The translations under genes were made by a program, and so were the position numbers. Under the pieces are notes generated by a model. It was not told where the DNA came from and did not search any database. It saw only the letters and a program-made list of their open reading frames with translations. Shown here one piece after another: positions 12,846-26,030 of a DNA stretch of 64,000 nt. Numbering within the stretch: position 1 is the first letter of the stretch; every line of letters begins with the position of its first letter. The stretch lies in NCBI GenBank assembly GCA_002104905.1, contig MCFE01000151.1, positions 1-64,000 of the forward strand, given 5' to 3'. Source of the DNA: Basidiobolus meristosporus CBS 931.73 (Eukaryota; Fungi; Basidiobolomycota).

Positions 12846-14226
12846 ATGTCAACGACACGTGATTCAACTCTAACGCCGCCTGAAGAGATGCAGGGCCGCT
12901 GTAGAGCTCCCAGCCCAAAACCTTCACGCCTATGCATCGATGATGATTCAGATGAGGAATCCCCTGAAGCTCATGTTCAAGGTTTTGCCGACAAACCAAC
13001 AAACACTACTCAAATGGACTCACTGACGAATAACCAGACGCATGGCTCCTTTCGAGTGGGACTCTCCCTTGATCGGAATAAGCGCTTTCGCAGGACTATG
13101 GAGGTATCGTAGAGACCTGTCGTTGGATATGCCCTGGTCACTCAGTTGGTTAGGATACCCATATTTACATCTCGGACTTTGGGGGGATTGCAGGGCAGGG
13201 GTACTTTGCAATTTTTGATGGCCATGCCGGAAAGAAAGCTGCAGAATGGTGTGGGAACCATCTTCACGAGGTTGGCTTATAAACACGTATCCAATAGTGA
13301 ATGTGTGAGCATTAAGGCGCCATAGCAATTACATCCAGCTTATGTCAGATACCCATGTTACTAGATCTTCCTGGAGATGATGAGAGGCAATCCGACCAAT
13401 CCAGTCCCAGAGATATTTTGCAAAACATTTCTGGAAACCGATAGGCAGCTCGAAGCCAACGACAACCATTCGGGCTGTACTGCCATCACTATGTTTTTGC
13501 ATGTTGAGGATGGCGGTAATGTGGAGAACAGTTCCATTATGCCGGTGGTAAATGTTGGTGGTGTTGGTTCTTTCAAACGTTGCATACTCAGACACCTCTT
13601 TAATGGAAGCGCACTTTGTTCGCAGCAAACGTTGGAGACGCAAAAGCTGTCTTATGGTATGGTGTGAGGTCATATCCATAAACTTGAGCAATGGCGAGTC
13701 TTAGGTTCTATTTTGTCAGTCGCAACGGAAAAGCCATTCGTCTTTCGTACGACCATAAAACCTCGGATCCACAAGAGGCTAAACGAATCGCAAGCGCTGG
13801 CGGGTTTATCATCAACAACCGTGTGAATAGTAAAGTATTGCTTAGACACAACCATGGGATTGCCATGCAAGGCTCAACTATCGACGTAGGTATTCTTGCC
13901 GTCACTCGGTCCCTTGGAGATGGATCCATGAAGGACTTTGTTGTTGGTAGTCCGGATACTACCGAGGTCACTGTTTGTGAGCAAGATCTACACATTATTC
14001 TAGCCTGTGATGGGGTAAAGTACACCACTATATGAAGCTATACTGTACAATCATAGTAATCATTTGGCCTGGCAAGCTATGGGATGTTTGCTCTGAGCAA
14101 GAGGCAGTGGACATGATTGCTGACATCGAGGATCCTCAGGAGGCCAGCGATAAGCTGCTTGATTACGCCCTGGGTAACTTCAGCACCGACAACCTCAGTG
14201 TTATGGTGATCCGTCTTTATCACTGA
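12846..14226 (+). CDS. PTC1: Protein phosphatase 2C, Ptc1-like (multi-exon)
   Basis: Motifs [66 protein letters not shown]. Start ATG 12846 is inferred. Confidence 0.88.
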
Positions 14227-14730
14227 GCCTGCTACTGCTTGAAGTCCATCAACGGTTTGGATGGCTACGTCTAACTTTATTTGGTATATCCATTCGATTG
14301 CGATTAATAAAGCACTGTTTGTACAGTAGCACCAAGCCAGACTAATCGAGTGTAGCCCAATCAAGATACGGGGCGTTTTAGCATTCGGCCATTGCAAACA
14401 ACCCCATAGGAGCTACAAGAGAGGTTGGTGCCGATGCTGGTTTGCAGTCGTGAGCGCAACAGGAGCTGAGCGAGATTCCAGTAACACCTCAGTGGTTTCG
14501 AGGTAGATGAATCGGAGATTGGATTCCACACGACGTTGTGCAATCACAATCACAATACCAAGCGGATTTGGTTAGCTGAATGGAGGAATGAAAATTTTCG
14601 TTTGCGCGCCAAACTAGTTTTTCACTAGATCTTTTTTTGTGATCCAAGAAAATTTTGGAGCGGCCTCGCTCGTTATATTCCTGGCTTTGTGCATCGGCAC
14701 TCTTTCTTCGTGTTGAGCTAATAATTCAAA

Positions 14731-15260
14731 ATGGGTCGTATGCACACTCCTGGGTAAGTCATCTATTTGCAGATGAGATACATCCATTGGTTTCCACAAC
14801 TTCTCTAACAACTCCTGGCCTTCGTAGTAAGGGTATTGCCTCCTCTGCTCTCCCCTATCGCCGCACTCCTCCTTCTTGGGTCAAGTCCACCCCCGAAGAA
14901 GTTTGCGAGCACATCTGCAAGCTTGCCAAGAAGGGTATGACTCCATCCCAGATCGGTGTTCTTCTCAGAGACTCCCACGGTATTCCCCAAGTCAGGAGTG
15001 TTACTGGTAACAAGGTTCTTCGTATTTTGAAGAGCAATGGCTTGGCACCCGAGATTCCCGAGGATCTCTACCATCTTATCAAGAAGGCTGTTGCCGTGCG
15101 CAAGCATTTGGAGCGCAATAGAAAGGACTGTGACTCTAAGTACCGTCTAATTCTTATCGAATCCAGAATCCACAGATTGGCTCGTTACTACAAGACTGCC
15201 GGTCAATTGGCCCCCAACTGGAAGTACGAATCATCCACCGCCTCTGCCTTGGTCGCCTAG
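14731..15260 (+). CDS. RPS13: 40S ribosomal protein S13 (uS15); intron 14754-14827
   Basis: MGRMHTPG|[12 protein letters not shown]...[16 protein letters not shown]...[17 protein letters not shown]. Confidence 0.97.
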
Positions 15261-15417
15261 TTTATGTTCTAGATACTGTTTACATCGCAACCCCCAATAA
15301 AGTAGACGTTGTCACTGTAGTCGTTGCTTGGCGTGGGATGTATGTGCAAAAAGATGGAGTGGAGTTGATATGACCGGTTTATTTGTAATTGAAGTTAACG
15401 AAAAGATTGAGTGGGGT

Positions 15418-16431
15418 TTATTTAACATCGCGGAACTCTCCCTCGAAAATCCTGGGCCCGCTGTTGGTACTAGGGTTCTGAAAGCTGGAACGTGCCGAAT
15501 TGGAAAGAGGGATGACCACCGAGCGTCCCATCATCGGGAACTCGACCTGAATCTTCTTGATGTCCACATCGCCATCGTCAGCTACCATTCCAACTGCCGT
15601 GACATTGGCGCTATCCCCTTTCATGTTCAAAGCTTGGAATTGGATTTTCATTTGGGTGCCAGTGGATCTAGCTTGAGACTGTACATAGGTGGATTGGGTG
15701 GAGGCCACAGTGTAGGGTGGCTGAAACCGAATCGAATCGAACACATTCGTTTGGAATAGGTACTTGAGATCACCTGACTCTTGAAAGGTGCTCTCAATAC
15801 GTTGGATCGACTTTTGTTGCAGATTCTCCGACGCGGCGGCTGCATTTTTGATGGATGACATCACGGGATTGGCGGTCGATTTCAGCATGTCGTTCACCAG
15901 GTTGGAGAAGATTCCATTACCGAAGGGCGAGGTGGAAAACGGATTCTCGGTGTCGTTAATCTTGACTCGACGGTTAGTTTGGCTTCTAAATATATCCAAT
16001 GGACTACCACCGCCTTGGCTGGGGAAGCGGGATTCCAGTACCCCTTTGATGGCCCGATATGCACCGTAACCAACCGCGCCGCCTAGCAGCGCGAAAAATA
16101 TAGGCTGTACCAAGAAGAGTGCAGTAATCCCAACCGAAACCGCAATCCCGGTCTTGACAAGAGGGTTGCTTAGAAGGGAGGGTCGGCGATAAGGGTCATA
16201 CTCGTGGTAAAGTCTGGCGGAGATGAAATTATGAGAGGCCAGACAGGGCAAAACCAGGGGTTGGATGCGGTGGATAGGCTTGGCAAGCAAACAGTTGGGT
16301 TTCGGAAGGGTGCTTTTGTGGAGTAAAGAGGTTTGACGAAGAGCTTGCTTGAAGGTAGCTGAAGACTTGGTGAAATTTCGGAGCGATATTGTGGAGGGTG
16401 GGGTGGCGGTTCGAAGGCCTAGAAAAATCAT
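15418..16431 (-). CDS. Hypothetical, probably mitochondrial inner-membrane protein (337 aa)
   Basis: Long single-exon ORF from ATG 16431. The N-terminus is rich in S/T/K/R/L and lacks acidic residues (presequence-like); hydrophobic segment GIAVSVGITALFLVQPIFFALLGGAVGYGAY; beta-rich C-terminal domain. Confidence 0.75.
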   Translation of the reverse strand: MIFLGLRTATPPSTISLRNFTKSSATFKQALRQTSLLHKSTLPKPNCLLAKPIHRIQPLVLPCLASHNFISARLYHEYDPYRRPSLLSNPLVKTGIAVSVGITALFLVQPIFFALLGGAVGYGAYRAIKGVLESRFPSQGGGSPLDIFRSQTNRRVKINDTENPFSTSPFGNGIFSNLVNDMLKSTANPVMSSIKNAAAASENLQQKSIQRIESTFQESGDLKYLFQTNVFDSIRFQPPYTVASTQSTYVQSQARSTGTQMKIQFQALNMKGDSANVTAVGMVADDGDVDIKKIQVEFPMMGRSVVIPLSNSARSSFQNPSTNSGPRIFEGEFRDVK

Positions 16432-17364
16432 TAGCAATCCACGGGAAGGGGTGCCTATGGAAAGTATACAGTGTAAAGTTACCGGTACTGAACAAGCCTC
16501 GTGCAGGCCGGAGGCTTACGTTGTGTAGTGAGTTCATTCTCTGCCGTTCAATTGCTCTAACTCTTCTAAATATTCGAGAGAAGAGAAGCTGCGGAGTCTG
16601 CCACCGTGGGCGATTCGTAAAAAAAAGTCCGCATGACGTCACAGGCATTGTCTAGCTTCCATGAGAGAGTACAGATTGCAATCGATACACTTTTGCACAT
16701 GACTATATTTATTGCTAATTGTCAAACCGCCCTTGAAAATGGCAGGTTAAATTGACAAATCCCCATGAATTCTCCACTGAGCTGTGGGGAGGAGCCGCAC
16801 TTGCACCGGAGCGTGCATCCACTTCCAAATCCAAAATCGAGCCGCTGTTGGGAATAGGCCCCACGCGTAAGAAATCCCGCAGCGTAGAGCACATGTTGAT
16901 CTCTGTTGACGCTTGCTCCATCGCAGGAGATGTACGCCATGTCACACATAACCACACCACGCAGCAACCCGACCTTGCAAAAAACCGACTTTGAAATCTC
17001 AGGAGATTGCATCAGAAAATGGATTCCGATAACAAGGCGATGATTTGTCAATATCCATAATGCCGCCTCAACGTCGACCATCGTGAAAGCAAACTTTGCC
17101 GAGAGACGCATCAAGACTTTGGTTGGTCCATTGGCAAAGCGATGATTATCACTCACTAATCACTTTCATTCTACGCGCTATGGTGTTTCTCCATTCCGAT
17201 TAGTAATCCTAGAAAATTTTTGCTACGGCTCACACAGGGTTTAAATGCTGCGGGGAAATCGAATGGAATTCGATCGAAGAAAATCCGGTTAAAATAAATT
17301 CACTCCATTTCAGAACGGTGTAAAATTTGTCTTTCTTGTACTGTCCTTCGTTCTCTATTCAAAT

Positions 17365-17754
17365 ATGTCAAACTCTCCAAAGGAAGAAAAGGAAATCGCC
17401 TCGGTCAGCGAAACTGAACCCACAAGTGAGTCTCCAGAAACTACTGCCACCGAGGAAGAGCAGGACCAAACTGCTGCCTTCGATCCGGTGACTGGCGAAA
17501 TCAATTGGGACTGCCCATGCCTTGGAGGAATGGCCAAGGGTCCCTGTGGTGAAGAGTTCAAAGAAGCGTTCTCTTGCTTCGTAAAATCCGGTGCCGAACC
17601 CAAGGGTATTGACTGCGTCGAGAAGTTCAGCGCCATGCAGAACTGCTTCCGTGAACATCCCGAAGAGTACTCTGACGTTTTGGATGACGACGATGATGAC
17701 GAGGAAGAAGAAGAAGAAACTAAAGCTGAGGAGAAGGAGGCCAAGGCCGAATAA
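17365..17754 (+). CDS. MIA40: Mitochondrial intermembrane-space import oxidoreductase Mia40
   Basis: [29 protein letters not shown]...[20 protein letters not shown]: CPC plus twin CX9C motif. Confidence 0.95.
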   Translation: MSNSPKEEKEIASVSETEPTSESPETTATEEEQDQTAAFDPVTGEINWDCPCLGGMAKGPCGEEFKEAFSCFVKSGAEPKGIDCVEKFSAMQNCFREHPEEYSDVLDDDDDDEEEEEETKAEEKEAKAE

Positions 17755-18469
17755 GCATGCATGCTGATCGTTCCGAGAATTCTTCGTTGAACTACCGCTT
17801 CTGTATAGATCTTGGAGCGTATAACAACAAATCATTTAGCATCGATATCCATTTCATCCCAATTTACTTTCATTGAAAATAGTAGACTTATCTAGAGTTC
17901 AATAAATTTATTAACGAGCGTCCGAATGCTTCAAGTGGTATTTCTTCAGCACCCGGATGCTCAAGGGCGCTAGCGCAAGGCATAGCGATCTTCGCAAGTG
18001 AAGCTTTTGTCGGTTTCGTTGAATCCATCAGCAACATGGTGTGATTAGAAATTTTCTTCGTTACATCAACAGTTGGATGATTCCATTCGGCAACGGATGC
18101 GGTGGAAATTTACTGATCAAAAGCGTTGTGAACCGAATCTTTTAGATCTTGGCAAAGCTACTTAGTGCCAAGTGTTGCTTGCATGCGAGTTTACTACCCA
18201 ATACCCGGCTCGCACACCTCAAGTTAGACAAGTTCAGGCCTGAAAGGTATGGTCATCAACACACCTGTCAATGGATAGGATCCTTGGTTTTTATCGATCA
18301 TATTGCTTCAGGTGCGGGATTGTACAAAACGATTGGTACCTTAAGATCGGGAAAATTTTGTTCGCTACAGTTACCAACAATTGCCCTTGCCGTTTGTAGA
18401 TACAGGCATCCATTAAATGTATCAATGCAGACTGACGGGAGGCTAGCTCCGACTCATTTTACGTCGATA

Positions 18470-18745
18470 TACTCGGCCCGCCAGACTATCGAAGAAAAGA
18501 AAGAGGTATGGCCACATCCCGCCGGCCGCGGTCGTGTTGGTAAGCACAGAGAAGATCCAAGAGGTCGTGGTTTCGCTCGTCAGATGTGTTGAGAACAAAG
18601 GGGCTGTACCAGGCATCAATATTCTTCGTGCCAGCTATGGGAAGGGCCATTTTCCAGAGTAGCCTGTTATCGTTAAAGCCCGTTGTGTCTCACGTGCTCG
18701 CAAGCGATCAAAGAGACCGGCAGATATGTTCTCACTGCTTGGAGT
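18470..18745 (+). pseudogene. RPL28: 60S ribosomal protein uL15 (yeast L28 / L27a) pseudogene
   Basis: AGRGRVGKHREDPRGRGFA resembles AGHGRVGKHRKHPGGRGLA; INILRASYGKGHFPE*PVIVKARCVSR resembles [31 protein letters not shown]. In-frame stop, frameshifts and large central deletion. Confidence 0.8.
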
Positions 18746-19805
18746 TTCAGTCGTATAGGCATAACAAAGTGATCAAGTATCCATATTGCAATGTGTATTG
18801 GCTCATTGAAGGTGCATTCATTTGGGGTGTATATAATTAGCCATATATCTGTGCCATATTGCCCAGCCTCACCTGGCACGCTGGCTATTTCCCAGGCTAT
18901 TATGTCACCCTGCTCGGCACCACTTGAGCTTGAACAGAGCTGGGGTCCGCGTCATTACACAACAGATGATGTTCAGGAGAGGTGTTGTGGGGATCATCAA
19001 GGTCACATGATCAGCGGTGAATAACATTTGGCCTCTAGGCTGCAGCTGTCCATTGGCCTGCAGCAAGGAGTATTAAGGCGGTGCAAGTGGGTTTGATCAA
19101 TGAGTGAAGCGTTTGGGAATAAAAGGTTGCCTTGATGTCTGGAGGAATCACATGTTTTCATTCCCATAATTACTGCCCGTTAAGGCCAGATCCCTAACGC
19201 TGATTGTTGCTGATTATCGGAATAGCCCTGGATTATCTACCATTACAACATGATCACCCGAAACCAATATTCTTGATCTTTGCAGCAATTCGACTCAATT
19301 GGGTATCTCTCACTCCAACAGGAGGATCAACCTGATCATTAAGTGCCCTTCCATTTCTACTTGTAAACCAATGCTTATTTGCAATAGGATTTCTTAATGT
19401 TGTAATATCGTATCATTCAATCGCCTATTGAGTTCAGCCTGCCGTGGCATTGGTGCGGGCTTTTCATTGTCATTCAGTGTAGCCTTCTCTGGGGGGGTGT
19501 TTGAGGTGACCTGATAAGTTTCCGATCCCTAGGCCGATTGATTTAATTGTTGTTGGATCCTTCTCATTATATCAACCATCTTAAAGCCAACCCTTTCATC
19601 CCCAAACGTATTGGACCAAGAGTCTTGGTACTTCACACATCCTATTCACCCATACGACCACAGTGCGTCTTTTCTTCCCTCTACTTGACCCTGCAACTCT
19701 CAGCGAGTTGTGTTGCCAGAACACTCCCTCCATCTAACCTTACACCACGTCGCGTATATCCTTTCGGTTCCTCTCAGCTCTATTTCTGCGTTTCAGCTCA
19801 ACTCT

Positions 19806-22114
19806 ATGAACTCCGTAGAGAACCACCAGCAATGTCCTTTGCCCATAAGTGATTCAAAAGTGGTTACAAAAGAGTCAATAAACTTCCGCAGGTGCGATTT
19901 GAGTGAGGGGGAAAAGCAGAAAAAGAGCACTTTTATGGTCACCTCCCGTCAAGACATCCCTTTGCATCTAGAATCACAACTAGCCCAGGCTGAATTCTCT
20001 TCGTCTTCTACCAGTAACTCCGAACGTCAAACGGACGAACCTACTACGCCCATCCCTTCTCGAACACCCACCATCGCTTCGGCGCACAACACAAAAAGTG
20101 GAAGTACAAATTCTGTAGGGAAGTCTACCATGGAAAGTGACCAGCTCGTGAAGCAGCTAGAAGTAATAGAGAATCTAACGCTGAAAGATAATCCCCACGT
20201 AACCTCTCAGCACGAAACCACCTCAATAGCTTCGTCAGCACCCAATGACGACTCCGTTCCTTTTGGCGCACTAAACAATCTGACCGGGGCTTCGCAAACC
20301 CCAAACCTACAAAATATGGACGTCGCAGTGAATGGCGGGAATCTTCGAAGGAAATCCCAAGTCAGCCACTTCTCCGTGACCTCGGATGAGATCGAACCGA
20401 ATCTTGGCGATTCCAATGTTTCAATCGGCCAGAACTCTATCCTGCGCAGAGTAAACTCGGATAATACGGATGTCCTTCGTGACCTACCGTCGCCTAAAGA
20501 AAACATCAGCAAACGATTTTCCCGGAGATTATCGATCCGCAGGACGTTGCGTCGTAGGAACACTGAGGAAGAAGACCAAGTGATGATCGGTACCCGTGTC
20601 GACAAAGATCACAAGAATTATGTGCTTATGTACAATATGTTGACCGGAATCCGTGTGGCGGTTTCAAGATATACCGCCAAGGTGTGGCGCGATCTGACCC
20701 CCGAGGACTTCAAGACGGCCCACAAGCTGGCCTTTGATGTTGTTGGCAACGAAATGACTCCGTCGTCGCAATACGACTTCAAGTTCAAAGATTATGCCCC
20801 CTGGGTATTCAGACACTTGAGGACTCTGTTTGGAGTCGATTCTGCCGAGTATCTCATCTCGCTTACCAGTAAATATATCGTATCCGAGTTGGGGTCGCCA
20901 GGGAAGAGTGGCAGTTTCTTCTATTATTCTCGTGACTACAGATTCATCATCAAAACCATTCACCACGGCGAGCACAAATTCCTACGCAAAATTCTACCAC
21001 ATTACTACCAACATGTGAAAGACAATCCAAACACTCTCCTGTGCCGTTTTTACGGATTGCACCGTGTCAAGCTTCCGCACAGTCGGAAAATCCACTTCAT
21101 TGTGATGGCCAACAACTTCCCCCCTAACAAGGATATCCATGAAACTTTCGACCTTAAAGGGTCTTCAGTGGGGCGTGAGCTGAGCGAGGAGGAGCTGGCC
21201 AAGAATCCCCACGGAGTCATGAAGGACATTAATTGGGAAAAGCGTGGACGTAAGCTTGAGCTAGGGCCTCGTCGCAGACAGCTCTTTGTCGATCAAATGC
21301 TGAGCGATGTCGAGGTAAGGTGGTGAGACGAACAATCCCTTGCTCTATCCCACTAACGAAGCCCGTTCTAGCTGCTGAAGCAATTGAACATCATGGACTA
21401 CAGTCTGTTGGTCGGATTACACGACCTGATGCGTGGCAATCGAGACAATATTCGAGACAACACGCTTTCCGTTTTCAAGGTAAAGCTCGATGTTGCTTGA
21501 CACTCATTCGCGACTCTCATCTGCAGCTCCACCAGCCAAACACTGCTAAGCTCGAAAAACAGCTGCCCAGCAAGAGGAAAGGAGACCAGGCAGCTGCGGT
21601 CCGAAGAATCATTGTTGCGGCAGATCCGGTAGCGCTAGGGCCATCGTCGTCGGAGCTACCAGAGAACAGTTTTGAGGAGTAAGTTGGCCTCCAGGGAGTC
21701 CGATCGAAGCACCCACTAACGGACATTTGCATTCCCAGCCGCCGCAATTGTATATTTTACCAGGATGACGGTGGCTTTATCGGACAGGATGAGGACTATG
21801 GCTTGACTGACACCATCTTCTATGTAGGAATCATTGATATTCTAACCCCTTACAACTTTGTCAAGAAAGTCGAGCACTACTGGAAGGCGTTAAGCTACGA
21901 TCGGGTATGAGACGCATCGATGGATGTTCGTGAGCCATCAGACTAATACCGCTTTCCTCGCCACATCCAGAAAGAGATATCTGCGGTACGATCATCGCAG
22001 TACGCCGAGCGCTTCCTTAAATTCATGATCAAGGCCATCAAACACCATGAAGATGTCAACGTCCCGCCCGAGCTCCTCGAAGTGTTTGCTCCCCAGGATA
22101 AGAAAAACCAATAG
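19806..22114 (+). CDS. MSS4: Phosphatidylinositol-4-phosphate 5-kinase Mss4 (multi-exon)
   Basis: [75 protein letters not shown]; spliced C-terminus ends ...QDKKNQ* at 22114. Confidence 0.95.
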
Positions 22115-22844
22115 CCCCTCGGGGATTCTAAAGCTTCTCCATAACTATGTATACTTTGTACACCACGCTCTTTCTGATGCTATGTTGGCGATGGGCACCG
22201 CTCCATCTACCTAACGCTTCCACCTAATTCATATCGCACGATAACACCCATCACCCTCATACGAGATAACCCCCGAAGCCCTCTGTACTCACCCCGTGTA
22301 AATTTCTTCGTGTCCACCGACCCTTGTTATATGCCTACCAACCTATCAATGAAGGTGATAGGCTGAAGCTTCTTTCAATGAACTGTCTTTGGTCTCTTGT
22401 TTCAATCATGATGGATCAGCGCACCAAGTGCCGGCGACGGTGTGGAGGGTTTGGAATGCGGCTGAACGCCGGCTGCAATGGAGGGGCCATAGGATGTGCT
22501 TGGGGATACGCCACTGTGGATCTTCAGCGATATGCCATCAAGATCCACAAAGGGCAGGCACCACGGCCAACAGGAAATGTGAATATGGGGATTGGTCTGG
22601 GTGAAAGTAGGGTACATTAAGGCGTGGAGATAACGATTCCCCATGGATATCCACAAAAAAGGAACTATCGATGCTCGTTGACCGTTTCTACCCCAAAAAT
22701 CGATTTTTCAGCGGGCGGGAAGAAAGGTGGGGTGGATGTTGATTGATGGAAAAAAACTTTACAAATTTGGTTCGGAGAAGTAGGATATTGTGTTTCTTGT
22801 GCATTACGACTTGGTTTTCGTTGTGTTGATAGTGAAAGTTTAAG

Positions 22845-23341
22845 ATGTTCAGAACTGTAAAGTCCCTTTATACCGTCGGTGTCCGTCATGCCAGCACCCT
22901 AAACACTGCCGTTGCCACCGAGAAGCTCGGTGCTGCTGCCAAGACTGCTCAGGCTGCTGCCTCCAAGAGCCTCAAGAACCTCCAAGGTGCTTCCTCCAGC
23001 CTTCTCAGTAAGTCCCAGGCTTCTCACGTCCTTAGAAGAACCTTTCTTACTGACCCCTTTTGCTTCTCTTCGTAGACAAAACCGGCGCTCTCGGCTACAA
23101 CCTTCAAGTCGCCAAGGAAGTCTTGAAGCAAGTGTACATCAAGGAAGGTCTCGCTCCCCCCAATGTTGCCCAATTCAACCAAGCCAAGGAGCAATTCCAA
23201 CGCTCTTTGGATTGGACTATTATCCGCGAGCTTACCCTCAAGCAGGTGGCTCAAAAGGCCGTTGTTGGTGTGGAGATTGCTGGCTTCTTCTTCATCGGAG
23301 AAGTTATCGGCAGAAGAAACCTCATCGGTTATGATGTCTAA
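22845..23341 (+). CDS. ATP20: Mitochondrial ATP synthase subunit g; one intron at about 23008-23075
   Basis: Presequence-like N-terminus; VAKEVLKQVYIKEGLAPP...EIAGFFFIGEVIGRRNLIGY. Confidence 0.92.
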
Positions 23342-23766
23342 GTCTTCGCATTTCCCTGATTTCACTGAAGCAGACCCCGTTCACATGGTGTCTTTTACTT
23401 TCATTGAGATTTTCAATAACCATTTTCCCCAAGAAACGAAGTACTTGAATCATTGCTCTCATATGTAACATTTCCATATCTGCATATCTGGAATCTCTCC
23501 ATGTTTCCCTAGTGAGTCTATTTGAGTAAATGACTATGCCATGATATTTGATGTCGTTTTATTCACATCCGATACGGTTGAGGATGGGCTGTACGCCAGA
23601 TGGTTTGCGACGCCGGTCGCGGCAGATGTATGATGGGCATATAAGTGGACAATAGGCATGCACTGAGCATTTTCTTTATTTTCAGCAAGGGTTTTGGAAC
23701 ATGAACATAGTAGAGTGCAATTGGGATATGCATTGAAACTCCCTTTAAGATACAAGAAACGGTCGT

Positions 23767-24917
23767 TTATTTGGAAGACCTAGAAGAGAGTAAGCATGTT
23801 AAATACGATGTGGACTTGCGATGGACGGCTCTACACTTACTTGGCCCATTCAACATGGAGAATAAGGTTATCGAAGCCGTGACCGTCAACAGCTTCAAGA
23901 GCACGCGAAGCATCTTCACGACTGGAGAAACTGACGAAGGAAAAGCCCTTGCAAATATTGGTCTCACGGTCTCTGGCGAGGTATACACGGGCGATGTGAC
24001 CGAATGGTCGGAAGAGATCGTAGATATCACTCTCCACAGTATCCTCAGACAAGTTGGTAACCCGAAGTGTCGGTGCTTCGTCTGTAATGATTTTCAACCG
24101 TTAATAAGGGGATAGTGGCGGGGAAGGCTGGAGTAGTAGGTACCTCTTTTATCTCTGTCATCCGTGCTAGCAGCATTCCCTCCGGCCATTTTGGCACGAA
24201 GAGCAGGTGGAATGTATCTGCTGGGAGCAGCGGCCTCCACTGGCGCTGTCGCCTCCGTGGCAGCAGTTTTGCTTTCGTTGAGAGCACTAGTAAGCTCATC
24301 AAGTGGCTTAAGTGTGTCTTTGTAGGGACATTTAAGGGTGAAATGATCACCCTTGCAGATTCTGCAAAGAATCTTCTTGCCCTTAAGCTGTTCTTTGAGT
24401 TTGGCGTCGGGATCTTCCGTCTCCACAATCTACCCCGAATAGCCCATTAGCAAATGAAGATGCACTTTGCACTGCTGAGATGGGTTTACCTGGTTGCCAG
24501 AGGATAGGCGCAAGAAAATCTGCTCACCCACAGTGGTGGTACTCATATCAGGGCCCGGCTTGTTTCCTTTTTCTTGTCCGAATTTGGCCCATTTCTACAG
24601 GTTATCTAACAGTTTATATCGGGCCAATATACGATATATCACCCACGGATATACGGACCTTTCGAAGCGCAACTGTGTGGTTGACATTCTCAGTAATGAG
24701 CTTCTTCTGGATTTTGCGAGTAATCTATACAAAAGCGGCGGCTGCTTAGAGGCGGTGAAGAGCAAGAATGAAATACATTCCCTACCTTGACTTTCTTGCC
24801 GTCTTCTCGAATTTGAATGTCAACGATGGTTTTGATTCCGTCGTCATCAAACTGGTTGTCCAACTCCTCGCCGACTTCGTCAGCCCAACTAGCCTTGGTC
24901 TCGTTTAAAGCAGCCAT
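23767..24917 (-). CDS. TIF35: Translation initiation factor eIF3 subunit g (multi-exon)
   Basis: MAALNETKASWADE; KWAKFG...GPD..TTTVGEQI; CRICKGDHFTLKCPYK; RRM TLRVTNLSED...KGFSFVSF...GFDNLILHVEWAK. Confidence 0.95.
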
Positions 24918-26030
24918 ACTACACACTTGACAGAGGTAAGGTCTAGTTAAACTGAAGCTACGTATAACCTAAAAAGGTGCGGGGGATGTAGGATTCGATG
25001 ATTACCCATGATTTTTTTGCTTTTTGGACCCAGAAATCCCTATATTATCGTCAGGACTATCCTTATTGGCTTGATTTCGATTCCAGCCCTGACATCCGCA
25101 TGGTTTCCTGGTTGAGCATTTCTTGGATGTGGCTTGTTGGCCATGGTAATCCACAAGAAATGGATGTTTTCTTCCCACTGGAAACACAATAAGCATAAAA
25201 AGCAAAAGTCGAGATCACATGGATTTATCAGTTAGGGGCATGATCTCACTACTCTGGCGTACACATCCATTCAACCAAAACCATATTTTGGCTGCAGATA
25301 CGAAGATTCTAGCGAAACAGCCCAATGGGATGCGGAGTGAGTCTAGACAATGAGGCGATCGCCTACAACAAAGCAATGGGAAGTGAAAAATGGTGGGAGA
25401 GAGCAGGGAAGTTGGTCAGGTTGTCGGCTGGGATTGACATGCCCCAAGTGGAAGCGTGCAGATACCTGAAGTTGTGGATCGAGCCCATTTTCTGAACAGT
25501 CACTGGGTCAAATGTGACAGGATAGATACTAGGATTTTGAAGCACTCGAAAACGGTACGATAGATCATGGGAATTCGAAGACCTGGCCTGCGCCGAGTCA
25601 GTTGCACCACTGATGCTCACGGTTTAACTTTTAAACGCACACATTGTCTCATTTTCTACCTGGCAATTCATGTTCCATCTCATGGCGCAGGAGGGGCTGT
25701 AAATATATAGATAGCGCAATATGGGGTGGTGCAGGTGAATGAGCCTTAGCGCGGGGGTACCTTATAGCAATTAAGGTTTTGGTTCCGGGTTGGATATCGG
25801 GCATCATCAATGCTATAGACACATTGCAATGGTGCCATATGCGCATTACACAACAACTACTCGGAGTAAAGGCCCTGCTCGTTGACACTTATGAGCTTTA
25901 TACATTATGTTGGCTCCGCACTTTGAACTTCCCCTCCACTTCCCTTCCCAAACAAGAGTCCGGGCGACATCAACATGAACGAGCAGTTCAGGTCCGTAAC
26001 GCTTTGAATGTTTATTATGCGACAGCGCGC

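Noticed and set aside
16722-17156. 144-aa minus-strand ORF between the mitochondrial protein gene and MIA40
   Set aside because: No recognisable motif; lies in a divergent promoter region and may be a chance ORF.
22324-22620. Gly-rich ORF reminiscent of Tim17/Mgr2 motifs
   Set aside because: Only scattered glycines match; no convincing start or family motif.
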